A DNA stretch of 64,000 bases from the human T2T-CHM13v2.0 reference genome, Homo sapiens: assembly GCF_009914755.1 (NCBI RefSeq), contig NC_060929.1. One strand, 5' to 3'. Within the stretch, counting starts at the first letter, position 1. Every line of letters begins with the position of its first letter. Below, one piece after another: positions 15,865 through 41,001 of the stretch. The translations under genes and the position numbers were made by a program. The notes beneath the pieces were generated by a model. That model saw only the letters and a program-made list of their open reading frames with translations, made no database searches and was not told where the DNA came from.

Positions 15865-16143
15865 TCATAAAACTAGAAAAGCCCTCTAAGCCCTAATATC
15901 CTTGGAGCTTACATAAAGACTGGGTTTTCATTTTTCTTCTCTTTACTTTTCTTTAAATTAAATATGAAATATTTTGTTATTTAGGACATTTCTGACTTTA
16001 TAGCCAAAGCTTTAAAATGAAAACAATAATAATTTTATAAAAGGAATTAGACACCTATCAACCCTAGGGGGAATCTTCAAGGTGGTCTGCTCCTTTGAAA
16101 AGCTTTAAACAGGAAAGCTTTTATTTAAAGAATGACCCTGTGC

Positions 16144-16535
<392 letters not shown>

Positions 16536-18082
16536 TTAAAGAAGTCTTCATTACCAACTTCTTTTTTTTAAAGACACCAAATAGACCAAGGAGTTACTAA
16601 AAATGGAAGGGGATAGTGAGAAAACAAGTCATACTATGAACAGGACTTCACCTTATGAATTGCCTCTCTAGCAAAATCAACTGCAGAAAGGAAAGACATT
16701 GTCTGTTAAATGGAAGGTAATAAACGGAATTCTCAGGTGGACACAAATACCTCCTGACATCCTGTAACCCAGCAGAGTACAGATGAGACACGCCCTCTGT
16801 AGATACAGTGTGCAACTACCAGTGTGACTCCCTGAGTGCCCGTTTCTTGTCTCTGCCTCTAAGCACCAAAAGCAAATATTCCAGGCTGAAGCAAATGTGT
16901 TGTTTTATCTGTTAATGAGAATAGGGAGCTCAAATTAGGGAAAGATACAAAAAAAAGGCCCTTTGAATTTCCTGATTAATCCCTATTGATACATAAAAAT
17001 ACGTTTAAATAAACAGGATTATTTCCATTTATAATACAAGGAGGCAAGTTAATTGAGATTATTACACAGGTAATTGATGAAGATTTGATTAGCCAATACA
17101 TGTAATGTGCCTAACATGGAGTAGACAAATAGTAACTACTGCCTATACCGTAACACATTTGGAAATACGCAGTATTTATTATTTGAGCAAAGACCTCCAG
17201 CAGTCTTAAACACTTTGAAAGAAAAGCTAATGTCAAATACTGAACTCAGGTTCCAGTGAACTAAATTTTATAAAAGCACTATTTATGGGTTTGTGCATGC
17301 ATCTTTCTAAAGTTATCCTGTCTCAACATCTTAAATAGCAGAAAAAAACCATAGCAGCACCTCCCTTTAAGAATCCTTACTCATTCATGGCTATTCTTAC
17401 CTTTCTCCTTCCCAACCAAAGAGAGGGTCACATCTTGGGTAAAAATGGAGCTCACCTGAGCTTGGCTGCTGGAGAGCAGCAGGGGAGTGATCCCTGGAGA
17501 TGGACAAGACAGGAAGTGAATCTCCCCTGGTTACTGCCTCAACTGTTGCACAACAAGCAGATGGTGGGCGAAGGTATTCAGAGTCATGTTAATATGTAAT
17601 GGAATAGAGAGACAATGGTACAAAAGTCAGGAGTTAACTTGTGTTTGATGCTCCATCATCGCTGGTTTACCTACCAGCACTTTGAAAAGGACTAGTTTAT
17701 CAACAAGACCTTGTTTGGAGTAGGAGTGAGGGAGTGATTTGTTCTGATCTCTGGAAAGAAAAGTGAGCAGGGTCTGGATAGCTCCAAGGAGCTCAAAAGC
17801 CTATGTGTGAGCACCATGGCTCAAGGGTAAAGGCCGCTCCAGGGGCACGACCCAGTGGACACCCAAAGGGTAGGTAAGGAACATGAGCTAGCCTCCTTCA
17901 CAGATTAGCCTGGACGCAAGCCCAGCCTACTTTGACAGTCTTTTATTCCTTTCATAAAGGAGTTCTTAGGCAGGAAGACCAAGGCAAGACTCTCCTCTAG
18001 CAGCTTCCTTTGCTTAAGCAAACGAAAAAAAAAAAAAAAGGAACGTCATAAAAAGGTGAACATCACTTTAGTGAGTCTGCTA

Positions 18083-18391
18083 TTTTCTTTTCTTTTCTTT
18101 TAAGAGACAGGGTCTCGCTGTGTCACCCAGGCTGGGGTACAGAGGTGCAATCATAGCTCACTGCAGCCTCGAACTCCTAGGATCAAGCAATCCTCCTGCC
18201 TCAGTCTCCTGAGCAACTAGGACCACAAGTGTACACCAGCATGCTTGGCTAATTTTTTATTTTTCTGTAGAGATGGAGTCTTGTGATGTTGCCCAGGCTG
18301 GTCTTGAACTTCTGGCCTCTGGCAATCTTCCCATCATGGCCTCCCAAAGCACTGGGACTACAGGCATGGACTAGCTCCACCATGCCTAGAC
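18083..18391 (-). mobile_element. AluJ-type within the AK4 retrocopy 3'UTR
   Basis: Diverged antisense Alu; MIR remnant follows at about 18500-18710. Confidence 0.8.
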
Positions 18392-21300
18392 TAGCTCTGT
18401 TACTCTTGATGTGAGACCACAAGCAGAATCAAGCAGACTCAAGACCCTTGGTTGCTTGGACACAAGTAGATATTAATAACATCCAGGAACAAGCTCAGTC
18501 TTCTGAGTTAGGAAAACCTGGGCTGCAGTCCCAGCTACACTGGTCACCAGCAGCCGAAGCCTGAGCAAGATGCTTCACATCCCTGGGACCCCTGTCTTCT
18601 TTTTTATCAGCATGAAATCATGCCTATTTCATAGGATGCTAGAAAGATTGAGATGTTTATAAAGGTCCTAAAACTGCACATTTCACTCAGTAGGCTTTCA
18701 ATAAACAGTACCTATCTTAAGTCTGTGTTAGTATTGGAGGGTATTAAACACAGCAGCATTTCCAAGGTCTAAGTAAGTAAGAAGCCTGTTAGGATAATGG
18801 AAGCAAACTGAATTAAGAGCTGGGTAGAATGACAGAATGCGAGGTCGGGTTAGAATCTTGGAAACCATCTAAACCACCCTCTTTGGTTAAAGGTGAAAGA
18901 ACAGTTGTGTGGCAGTAGAAGGAAAACCAAGAAAAGATGTCCCTTTAATTTTACTTTTGTCAAAACATTTTCAAGATAATTTTAATTTTTACAAAATCAT
19001 TTAAGGGAAAAACTAGTGAGTTTGTTGAAGAAAACCAGAAATAGATTTTTTTAAGGCCATTGACCACAAAATAAACATTATGTTTCAAAGACCATGGAAA
19101 GATATTTATCTCTATTTGGTCTCACCTAAACCAGCACAGACCCTCAACTGCTAGACAATCTCAGCAAACACACACACTGGAGACTTACTGAGTGACTCAA
19201 TGTTGGCTAGAATTGTCTATTTAGCTGGAAGGAAAGAGGGAGGGAAGGATAGATAGAGGAGTGAAGTATGGAAGCAGGGATCAGGCCACTTCCTGTACTT
19301 CTCCAAAACTCCAAAGGCAATGATCACATTGGAGGGTCAGTTAAACACAGAGGGAAGTGAAGAAAGAAGTTTGGAGATTTTCCTTTTTCCAAAAAAGCAC
19401 AGACTTTCCTCTTTTGGGTATTCTTTAGAATAACTTTAACTCTCTACGTTTCCTAGTTTGTGGAAATTTTCTCTATGGCAGAAATACTCTAAATCGTGCA
19501 ATTTTCCTCGTATCAGACTTATTTTTCTCTATAACTGGTTCCCCAGGAGACCTGAGCTTTATCTACATATGATATGCACCCCATCTCCACAAATGGCCAT
19601 TCAATTGCAACTCTACATTCTAAAGTGCTCAGAGGCAATATAATGTACCGACGATTCATAGATCTGACTGGGCATTTTCATTATATAAACCTACAAACTA
19701 AACAATCTCATTATGTTTGAGAGGATGGGGAGGACACTTGTCTATATTTCCACTAAAGTAACCAAAAAATATTCACATGAAGGGACAATGCGAGAGGAGC
19801 TGGCAAGTGCTTGGGCAGTACTTAGAAGGAAGACGCATTCATTATCATACTGAGGATTCACTGAGACATCTTCAGAAAGTAAGTAATGTGTTTCAACACC
19901 ACTGAAGTGTTAAAATAGGCTCCTTTTCTTCTCACCAGTATGAAAAATTAGACAGGAGTCACTCTCAGGAATAGTAAAGGACACTCACTGGGGACAGTTA
20001 TGATGCATGAAGAAGGGATACATATTTTTAAGGCAGCAGGAATAAATTTCATTGTCCTTCCCAGACCACAGCAAGAATTATTCAAGGTGGCCACCAACTC
20101 TGGAAACCAGGCAAATCTTTTAACAAATGGTTTATTGATATTATGTTATAATGAATGACAAAATATTTGTATCTAATTCTAGACTTTATGGCCACCCTGT
20201 AGGATGAATCTTTGGAATGGAAAAAAAATAATAAAGATTTTGTTTTCCCATAATCGTAAAGCTGTTATACTCGGTCCAGGCACAGCTAGCACAACATTCT
20301 ACTTAACCCCACAGGCTCCGTTCCCTTTACCACCTATCTATAATATATTTGAGTCACTGATAGGAGTGAAACACTGTCAGCATCAATAGTTAGCAGCACT
20401 TTCAAAATACATTTTATTGTCCTGAATAGAAACCTTAACTATTCAACTAGTCCAGTAATTCCAAATGATCTTATCACTTCTACACATAAGATGTGATCTT
20501 ACAACATTTATGTAGCTAAATACTTATACCTCCCATGTTTTTTGAGGATTCCCAAAATACTTTAGGGAGTTCCCAAACGATTTTTAGGGGTTTAATTTTT
20601 TTCACAATAAAAGAAAGGAACAGTGTCAATCCATGAGTGTCAGACCAGCAGTTTAGTAAGATCCTCTTCAGAAAGAAGATCCTCTTCATAGCTCAGTTCC
20701 CAGTGCATACAGAGATTCAATACAGTCCCCTCACTCAGTTCTTAGAAGAATTTCAGAGGGATAAAAGCGATAACTACCTGTTTTGTTTAATGGCCTAAGA
20801 GTGAAAATAGATGTCAAAAAAAAAATGCAGTCTAAAAAGAAATAGAAGCCAAATTCTTTCATCCCAGATGTCTGAAAGGGAGGGACTCTATGGAGCATGG
20901 ATGCAGAAAAGGAGTTATTCCTACTGGAAAAAAAAATGAACTGTGGACACAGTCACTCAAGAGCAGAGAAACAACCACTGAGAGTAAGTAGCCTTAATTT
21001 CATTGTCACCAGGGAGGCACACAGCAGAAAGCCTGGGACAAATCTGGGCTAGAGCCCTTAACGGACTCAGGCTTCCAGGTGCTGTGGTACAACAGCCTTT
21101 GTGGGGATGGGGGGAACCAGAAACCACCATCATCACGTGTAAAAAAAGGATACCACAGCAACAACATAGTTGTCAAAAATCAGCTGGAACTGAGGTTACG
21201 CCCCGTTTGAAATCCACACTGTACTTGTTCTCCTGTGAAGGGCTTGAGACGTGCAGAGACACGTTAAACATGTGTAGGTGACCTTCTTTTGAAAGGCAGA

Positions 21301-21590
21301 GGAGGGCCTCTTCGGGAACTCTTTCTACTCATCTGTTTTCCTATCAGTTCACCATTTCAACTAGAAAAGAGGCTGCAAGTGCTACCTCACCTAGCTTCTA
21401 ATTTGGACACAGCACCAATACTACACACACAATTGACTGAATGACCACATCTTCCTGGTTCTTCCATTGGGCAGGGTTAATATGCTTCTTTGGACTGAAT
21501 AGATGTGATCATGTTCGAGAAAAGTGTGTAAACATAGGGCCAGATTTTGTTCGTCTCTGTCCCAGAAAATTGGAGAACTCCTCGGCTCTA

Positions 21591-21926
<336 letters not shown>

Positions 21927-22254
21927 TCATTAGGCGTGTGATCACATGGTCTGGAAGCAAAAGACTTTTCTTTATATACTGTTTTGCCATCTCACCAACT
22001 TCGGTTTTGGCCTTGATGTTCTCCCACAAGAAGTGCCCACTGGAGAAATCCTGGAAGCCAAAGTTCTGGGCGATGCTCTGGCACTCGGTGCCCTTGCCCG
22101 AGCAGGGGGGTCTGAGGATGACCGCGCGCAGGAGTTTGGAAGCCACTGCCTTCGCGAGGAGCGCGGCAGCCAAATGCGCAGCCCAGACCGCGGCCCCGGA
22201 GGGAGCCCCGGGAATTTTGTTTCTAGGCCCCCTACTTCTAGCACCCTCCGCTTT

Positions 22255-22573
<319 letters not shown>

Positions 22574-22777
22574 TAAAACTGCATTTTAAACAAGATCCCA
22601 GGTAATTCCTATGCACATTAACTCTAGAGAAGCACTCATCTAGAAATTTCCCAAATCTCCCTAATGAGAAAAATCACCTGGGATGCTTGTTAAGTATGTA
22701 GATTATCCAGCATATTTCTTAGAAATTCTGATTCATTAAATCTAGTAATTTGAAAAATGACTCTGGGTTAGTCTCAT

Positions 22778-24430
<1,653 letters not shown>

Positions 24431-25221
24431 TGGATATGCATATGTTCTCCTTTACAAAATAATGCCAAACAATTTACAACGAAAATTGGCAAGTATTCAC
24501 AATTAATGACGCGTCAATGCTCTGTGTGAAATGATAGTTCAAGTGATGGTTCCAGAATTCCTGTATAGGGTGTAGGTGTAGGTTAGGAAACTTGTATTGA
24601 AGCTGTGTTTTCATAACACTTTAAAAAACTCTTGGAGGAAAAACATCAAAGTCTCTATCAGAGAATGTGGGTGGAGAGAGTAGGTCAGCATTGGTTGGCA
24701 CACTCACAAGTCATTATTTTTCAGGCTTGCTAATTAAACAGCCAAGTTCTCTGCTTGGTTATATTATTCTCTTGTTGGAGACCTCAAAGAATCATCTTGT
24801 TGGCCCCAATTCAGGGAGGTATAATCACTTCTCAGATGCATTAATGGATTTTTAGTATCATTGGCATGCCAAATACTTACTGGAACGATTTCCTTATTTA
24901 TGAAGGTATTTTTGTTGTTAAATCAAGAGCAGATTTATATAGGAGTATTGCCCTGTCTGCACCTTGCAGAAACAGCGCTTGTTTTCATAACAGAACCCCC
25001 AGTGACAGTTGAACTGGGGTTGAACTGAAGACAAGCCCTTTGTGTCCTTTTCTCCTTGCATATCTGATTTATTCTATACAGTTCACAACTCTCAATCTTG
25101 CCAAACTTCCTGCATTATAGGATCATTGCTGCTGCTACTGACAGTGGGAACTCATGAGAGATGAAAGCATGAGATTTTTTTAAAATGTTGCCTTTCCAAC
25201 TAAAAATCAGGAGAAGAAAGT

Positions 25222-26032
25222 TATATCAGTGTTCTATTGCTGCTACAACGAATTACCACCAACTTGGTATTTCAAAAACAATACAAATTGTCTGGGTGTG
25301 CTAGCTGACACCTGAAATCCCAACACTCTAGGAGGCCAAGGTGGGAGGATCACTTGAGCCTAGGAGTTCAAGACCAGCCTGGGCAACATAGGGAGACCCC
25401 ATCTGTACAAATAATAATTAAAAAAATTAGCCAAGCATTGTGGCACGTACCTGTGGTTCCAGCTACTTGGGATACTGAGGCAGGAGGATTGCCTAAGCAC
25501 AGAAGGTTGAGGCTGCCATGATCTTGCCACTGTACTTCAGCCTGGGTGACAGAGTGAGACCCTGCCCTCCCCACTGCCCAAAAAAATACAAATTCATTAT
25601 CTTACAGTTCTGTAAATCAGACATCCCATATGTTTTCCACTGGGCTTAAATCAAGGCGTTGGCAGGATTGCGTTCCTTTTAGGAGGATCTAGGGGAGAAT
25701 CTGTTTCTTTGCCTTCTCTAACTTCAAAGGCTGCCCTCATTCCATGGCTCATTATTCTCTCTTCCATCTTCAAAGCCAGCAATGTGGCATTTCTCTAACT
25801 ATTCTTCCATAGTCACATCTCCCTCCTACCACATTAGGAGAGGTTCTCCAATTTTAAGGATGCATATGATTTTGGATAGGACTCACCCCGATATCCCAGC
25901 ATAATTTCCCCTTCTCAAGGCCCTTAATTTAATCACATCTGCAAAGTCCCTTTCCCTACAGAGTAACATATTCACAGGTTCTAGTAATTAGGACATGGAT
26001 GTCTTTGGGGGACCATTATTCTGCTTACCGCA
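25222..26032 (-). mobile_element. MLT1 LTR interrupted by an AluJ (25290-25586, +)
   Basis: ttgctgctacaacgaattaccac...cttacagttctg...aatcacatctgcaaagtccctt...ccattattctgc; Alu TSD aatacaaatt. Confidence 0.75.
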
Positions 26033-26244
26033 GGTTTGTTTAAGGAGGGAAATACAATGACAAATTTGATGCTTACTTAGCTGCTGGTGTTATAGACATA
26101 TAAGCCATCTAAATTTAAACATACAGTTGTTTAGAAAGCCCATTAGAACACTGTAAAGCACAACATATAAATCAATTTTATATACATCTCAAATTACTAA
26201 TGGAATTATACACTATGTACTCAATATCGATGGATTGTCTTTAA

Positions 26245-27765
<1,521 letters not shown>

Positions 27766-27790
27766 AAAGTATATATACTTTGTGGTATTA

Positions 27791-27931
<141 letters not shown>

Positions 27932-28109
27932 CTATTTATATCCTATTTATATATAGGGTTTGGAACTATATATTAAAAAAAAACTTCTATTTTCCAATGA
28001 GTTGTTGCTAGCACACACGTATGCTACTGATTTTCTCTAGTTAATGTATATTAAATTTTCATTTTTCTGGCCTTTCTAAGTTTTCTAATTATAAAATTTA
28101 TAGAAGTGG

Positions 28110-29115
<1,006 letters not shown>

Positions 29116-29116
29116 A

Positions 29117-29707
<591 letters not shown>

Positions 29708-30499
29708 AAGATCCTGTCTCAAAAAAAAAATAGATAAATAAATAAAATTAAAACAAAATTAACTTGTTAATATCAATGCATTTTGCTGTTTCCTGAGCCT
29801 TAATTGTTCTCACGGTCAACTAAGCTTTTACTTCCCTAGAAATGATAACATTTTACTGCAAAACTGTGGTAGAAATCGAATGTAACCATTATCTGATATT
29901 ACTTATCTCATTTAACATATATTTGTTGCAAAAATAAGCTATGGACTAATATTCATTGCCAGGTAGATAACAATAAATCCTTAGTTCATAGGCCTCATTT
30001 TCTAGTTTTAAAAAACTGTCACTTGATTCCAAGAAGATATTGTTCAGCTCAAAAAAACATTTCTGGGAGCTGAAAAATAAAAATAAATAGCTTTAGAAAA
30101 ATAATCTTTTATGTCTTTTTCATGCCAGAAGCATTTGCAGAATATGTGAAAAGAATCTCTTTCAAATTCTTTCCCTAAATCTGATCAAATGGTATCCCTT
30201 GCCAGCTACAAGCATCTAATAAATAAATATTTATTAGGCAGCTACTATGTGCTACACACTCCAGTAGTAAGGCTTCCAGAAGACGTTATATGCCTGTGAC
30301 CTTTTTTGAAAACCACAGATATAGCCTATGGTGAGGCACCAAGCTTCATCACACAGCTGGAGAGTCCTGAATTATACACCCAAGGACCCCACCCCATGAC
30401 TGGCACCCTCCCTGCCTTGCTCCTGCCAGTTCCACCTATCCCAGGACTGACTGGAGACCTGGTTCTGAACCCTAGCTAACCCTGTGGCTGGGGCCTGCA

Positions 30500-31010
30500 T
30501 CAGCCAACATGCAAGGAGGAAAACAGACACTGTTCTGAGTATTTAGAATAGAGAAAATTTAATGAGGGGAATTGGTGACATGGGTGATAGAGTAGCTGAG
30601 AAGCCAATAGGGGATGTTAAAGTATCCCAGATATTGGCACCAATAGGAAGGCATTTCCACATCTAGGCTGGAGGGATGGAAAAAGATGTAATTAGAGCCC
30701 AGGAGCTGTGGTCAGCTAGTGGGACCAAGAACCATAGTGGGCCTATCTGATGAAAGCTGGAACCATGAAGAAGACACAATTGCAGCCAAAGAAGGTGTCT
30801 AAGATAGAGAATAAGATAGAGAAAAGGGAGAAATACCCTGGCTTCTCCCTTCTGCTTTCCAAACTCAGATCAGTACCTCTCACTAGCCAATCCCAGCTGG
30901 AAGTCAGTCTATAAAGGGACCTAGGAAACAGCCTGCAGGAGTCAGGACACCCCTGATACACTGAGCTGGACAGGGAAAGAACTGGAGAATAAATCTAACA
31001 ACAAGTAACC
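30500..31010 (-). mobile_element. Old ERVL-MaLR/LTR relic
   Basis: ggaaaacagacac...aatttaatgaggggaattgg... resembles antisense MLT1-class LTR; weak. Confidence 0.4.
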
Positions 31011-31629
31011 CAGGACTGGTATAGCACTGGTATGACACTTCTCGGATGCCACATGCTGACCTGTTTTCTGGCTTTCTTGCAGCTGAGCTTTTCATAGGAG
31101 CCTACCAAAATTCCCTATTATCTCTTGCTGAAACTCCTTATTGCCACCTTCTTGCCTGAGTGCACACTGGAATCACCTGGAGACCATTTGAAAAAGCACT
31201 GATTCCCAGGCTTCTCTCCAGACACTGAATGGGAGTCTTTGGAGAGGAAGTAGAGAAACCTATATTTTTAACATCTCAAGGTGATTCTTTTGTAGGTAGT
31301 CTTTGGACTCATTTTTTAAGGCAATTCTTAAACATGGAGCTACTCTATTTCCAAATTTCTGAATCTCCCAAGTCTTCTTTCATCCTACCAGAATGAAACC
31401 TACTATCCCTGACTGGATTGTAGAATAAGGGTGGTCTCCACATAAACACACAATATTTAATATATGAAAATAGATGGAACTTTATATTTACATTATTGCT
31501 AAAATCCACCTGATGGATTAATTTCAATATCATTTTTACTAACTGCATAATGTCTAATGATATTTGTGAATATACTGTACAATTGTTCTGGTTTAAATTT
31601 AGTTAAGCTTGGCATTAAAAAAGACTCTC

Positions 31630-32405
31630 ACCTAGGTGCAGTAGCTCACACCTGTAATGCCAGCACTTTGGGAGGCTGAAGTGGGAGGATTACTTGAGGC
31701 CAGGAGTTCAAGTCCAGCTTGGGCAACATAACCCCATCTCTATAAAAAAAAAAATTAAAATTAAAAAAAACACTTACTGTGGCCGGGTGTGGTGGCTCAT
31801 TCCTGGTAATCCTAGCACTTTCGAAGGCCAAGGCAGGTGGATGGCTTGAGTCCAGGAGTTCAAGACCAGCCTGGGAAACATGGCAAAACCCCACCTTTAC
31901 TAAAAATACAAAAATTAGCTTGGTGTGGTGGCATGTGCCTGTAGTCACAGCCACTTGGGGGGCTAAGGTGGGAGGATCGCTTGAACCCGGGAGGTCAAGG
32001 CTGCAGTGAGCTGTGATCGCGCCACTGCACTGCAGCCTGGGTAACAGCCTGGGTGATCTGTCTCATTTAAAAACAAAAACAGCCAGTCATGGTGGCTCAC
32101 ACCTGTAATCCCAGCACTTTGGGAGTCTGAGACGGGCGGATCACCAGAGGTCAGGAGTTTGAGACCAGACTGGCCCACATGGTGAAACCATGTATCTACT
32201 AAAAATACAAAAATTAGGTGGGCGTGGTGGCGGGCGCCTGTAATCCCAGCTACTCAGTAGGCTGAGGCGAGATAATCACTTGAACCGGGCAGGCGGAGGT
32301 TACTGTGGCTGAGAATGTGCCATTGCACTCCAGCCTGGTCAACAAGAGCAAAACTCCGTCTCAAAATAAATAAATAAATAAAAATAAAATAAAAACAACA
32401 AAAAA
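31630..32405 (+). mobile_element. Alu cluster: monomer (31630-31770), AluJ (31781-32080), AluS (32082-32405)
   Basis: Three tandem Alu units flanked by aaaaaagact repeats. Confidence 0.85.
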
Positions 32406-32409
32406 AGAC

Positions 32410-32911
32410 TATGGGCAGCTGCAGCAAGATGTAGCTCCCAGTCAGCCATGCGACCAGGAGGATAAACAACCCAAACTCTACAGTGTACTGTGTGGATACC
32501 CAAGTGCCTATTTTCCAGCCTTATCAGAAGAGAGATAAATTGATGACCCTGCCACTGCAGCATCTTCATCACGCAGCAATTCATGTTAGTTCAATGCTTT
32601 AAACATTCTTCAGGCTCCGTATGCTTTCGGCTGTGTACGTTAATGGTGAGTGCCCATGTACAACCATTCTGTTTTTTGAGCTCAGTATTCAATAAATTAC
32701 ATGAAATATTTAACACTTTATTAAAAAGTAGGCTTTGTGTTAGATGGGTTTGCCTACAGGTTAATGTAAGTGTTCTGAGCACATTTAAGGCAGCCCAGGC
32801 TAAGCTATGATGTTCAGTGGGTTAGATGTATTAAATACATTTTTGACATATGATATTTTCAATTTATGATTTATTGGAACATAAACTCATCATAAATCAA
32901 GGAGCATCTGT
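32410..32911. mobile_element. MER47/Tigger5-family DNA transposon relic
   Basis: cagtattcaataaattacatga...gctaagctatgatgttc...ggagcatctg-TA terminal repeat. Confidence 0.7.
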
Positions 32912-33002
32912 ACAGAGGAAAAGATAGGGCTGAAGTAATGGGGCTCTGAGCCCTGATCTGGCTTGAAGCAAAGCAGATTTTTCTTTAGTGTTTTACATAT
33001 TA

Positions 33003-34430
<1,428 letters not shown>

Positions 34431-35064
34431 AAGTGGATTCTTGATCAAGCTGTGATTTAATGCAGCTTGGAGACATGTTGAAACAGGCTCATTAGTCTGC
34501 ATTTTAACTACAGGTTTTTTTTTTATGATGATGGTCTTACAGCTGTCATCAGACATGTCTCCAGGAACAATGTATGCATAAACAAAGGGATGAGAAACTA
34601 GATCAGCAAACATTGTGATCAGAAAACACTGTGGTTTCCTGATCTGCTAATGAACTATTTTAGTCAGAAACCTCCTGTTGGTCTGACATGGCTGTTTTTT
34701 AAAAAATATTTTCCACTGAAATATACAGCTTAAGTGATTTGAATTTGCTATCAAGAAATAATTTTTCATCTTTGAAATATTGGTTTATTTTCTTGGTAAA
34801 ATTATGGAATGTGACCCTTTCATCTACTTTTACCTTTTTGATCTTTATTCTATCTTTACAAATATTTTGCAATATTTAAAATCACTTAGATATTTGTCTC
34901 CAGCAAGACACATTTTTTAGCCACATTGAGTCCCACTCAGGATGTGTTTAAGGCCACTAGTGTTTTGTGGCTTTAACACAGCCACTAGTTTTACCAGTTA
35001 AAAACAGTGAGGGATAAGCGTCTCATGTATACTGTTTGCAGGATTAGTAAAGTTCTAATGACTT

Positions 35065-37252
<2,188 letters not shown>

Positions 37253-37319
37253 CTAGAACTTATTCCTTCTATCCACTTGTATTTTTATACCCCTTAACCA
37301 ACTTCTCTCTGGAGTCCAT

Positions 37320-38322
<1,003 letters not shown>

Positions 38323-39572
38323 ATGGAGTACATTTTAAACAGGCAATACATTTGGCAGGTTTCCAGAGCATTAGCATCTTGTGGCAACAGGTCCGTCCAA
38401 CCCTGTGACATCAGCTTATTTCTCAGAAGACCTCACAGCTTAGTGTTTCTCAGAAATTTTGGCCATCCAACGCAAAGATGTGGACGTCAGGTCCTCACCT
38501 CAGAGATTCCTTTTCTGGTAAACTCTCTTGCGGGCAGATTTTAATATGCCAAGAAAACTTCTGCAATGGTCTTCTGTTGCCCTGGAATTTGAATTATTAG
38601 ATCATAATCCATAAATGGTAACTACACTCAAGAGACTCCTGCTAGGAGACTCCCTGTTTTCTCAGCGCTTACAGCCCTTGCTGATTTTCCACCTTTCTAA
38701 CAAAGGAGGGATGAGAGGGAAGAACAAAGGGTCGCCAAGCCAAAATCCTAAATCAACAACAGAGACCACGGCAGGCAGGCGGGATTCGCCGCAAAACCAG
38801 AAAGACAACCAGATTTATGGCATTTGAGTCGCCAAATAGAACTATCATTTTGCAAGGAGCTTGCTAATGGAAACTGTTTCATCGATGAAAAATCATCAAA
38901 TTGCTTCAGTTCTTTGCTGGGTAAAACTCATGTTTTTAATTGGTACACCCTAAGGCTTTGTGGCAAGGGTTGCAGAATACATAAATAAAGTCGTTTCATG
39001 ACATAAAATCTTTTCAAATGCTAAAATTAGGAAAGGAAAGAAAAGTTGATTCAAATGCCACGGAGACAAAAATGTGTTTTTCTGGGACAAAGGAGAATGA
39101 ATGATTTAAGTTCATGGCAATTTTTAGTCTCATTTGTGCACACATACAAATAATCCTTTTTAAAAATTGTATTCAGCACTTGGGTACAAGTACATGTTGT
39201 ACCCAGGAAGTTCAAATGACGATTATCATTATTAATACCCTTGTTTTCCTTGCTTGCTTATTGCCAAATAAAACAACAAATTAAACACAAACTGCTGTAG
39301 TAAAATGACCAGGAGCACAAGTGTCCTAGATAGAAAAGGCCTGGTCAGCATTTCTATTTCCTATAAGGAAGGCCTCTTCACTTGCAAAGATGGGCTCTCG
39401 GAGAAACTTAACACTGTATCGCAGTGACAACTTTCCCATTTCACAGGCAAAAGAATGTCCCACATTTCCTTGACTATGATGGAAACAGGGACAAACACTC
39501 CTTAGGTGGTTACCTGCTCAGCAGGGAAAATAAAAAGAGGCCCTGAGGGATGCTAAAAAATATTAACTTGCA

Positions 39573-39943
<371 letters not shown>

Positions 39944-41001
39944 CTATCTCAGAGACTGTGTTTTCTCTCTGGAAATACAAGCTCTATGCAGGGTCAGGTG
40001 TGGTTTTGTGTTGTTTTCTCCGGGGGGTTTTTGCACAGAGTCCTCCTATCTTTGTAGACAATTCTCAGTCAGTTTTGAGACAGGAGACTGGAGTGGGGAT
40101 GCTTTAGTCCCAGAGGTATGCAGTTTTCAGCGAAAGTGGCCAAAGGAATGTCCCAACCAGACATTTCTACCAATGAGGCAAGCTAAGGGATTCTTACTAA
40201 TTTTTTGGAATTTCACTGAGCTGTGGAAGGAAGAAATGAGTATGGTTTCCTTTTTTCTTTCTTTCTTTTTTTCTTAAACCTGAAACAGGAGCAGGATTGT
40301 AGCTGTCACAAGCTGACTCAATATCTTTTGCAGCACCAAAGCCTTTAAAATCCTTGGAGCACTTGTGAGAACTAATGTTTATGTTGGGACCTTTACATTA
40401 GTTGAGGTGTGTGTGAGTGTGTGTGCGTGTGTGCATGTGTGTGTGTGTGTATGCAAGTGCCATGTGCACAGTGCCAACCATCTGCCCGGTGGCTCCACAT
40501 CTGAGGAGGGTGGCAAGAGCGAATCATTCTCTCCTTGGTCTGGAATAACTTAACCCTGCAGAGAAATAGACTTCAGTTCAACAGTTAAAAAATGGAAGAA
40601 TCAGAATGAGGTTTGCAGCAAGCCCAAGAACGCCCTTGACATTCAAACCACGCACCCTAGCCTCCCTCACTACCAGACCTGTAAGTCTCCTGTCTCTACC
40701 CTGTCTGTATAAGTTCTGTGCAGTGTCAGAATTCAGACTGTAGGCCTCAAAACCTTGTGAGATTTTATTTCTTGGAGATAAGCCTAAGACCCAGTTGCAG
40801 AGGGTTGATTTCAATTCCTCCCTTAAGAGAGACCACTAAATTAAAAATATACTGAACAAAGGAGACCGTGTGGCTTGAAAAATTCACTTTTATCAGATTT
40901 ATACCAGGGTAACTTAGCATTTATCCAGTAATTGGTTCCCAAGTTAAAACATTTTGGAAATAAATTTATGGATCAGTTCCCTGGAATGTTCAACGGGTAC
41001 T

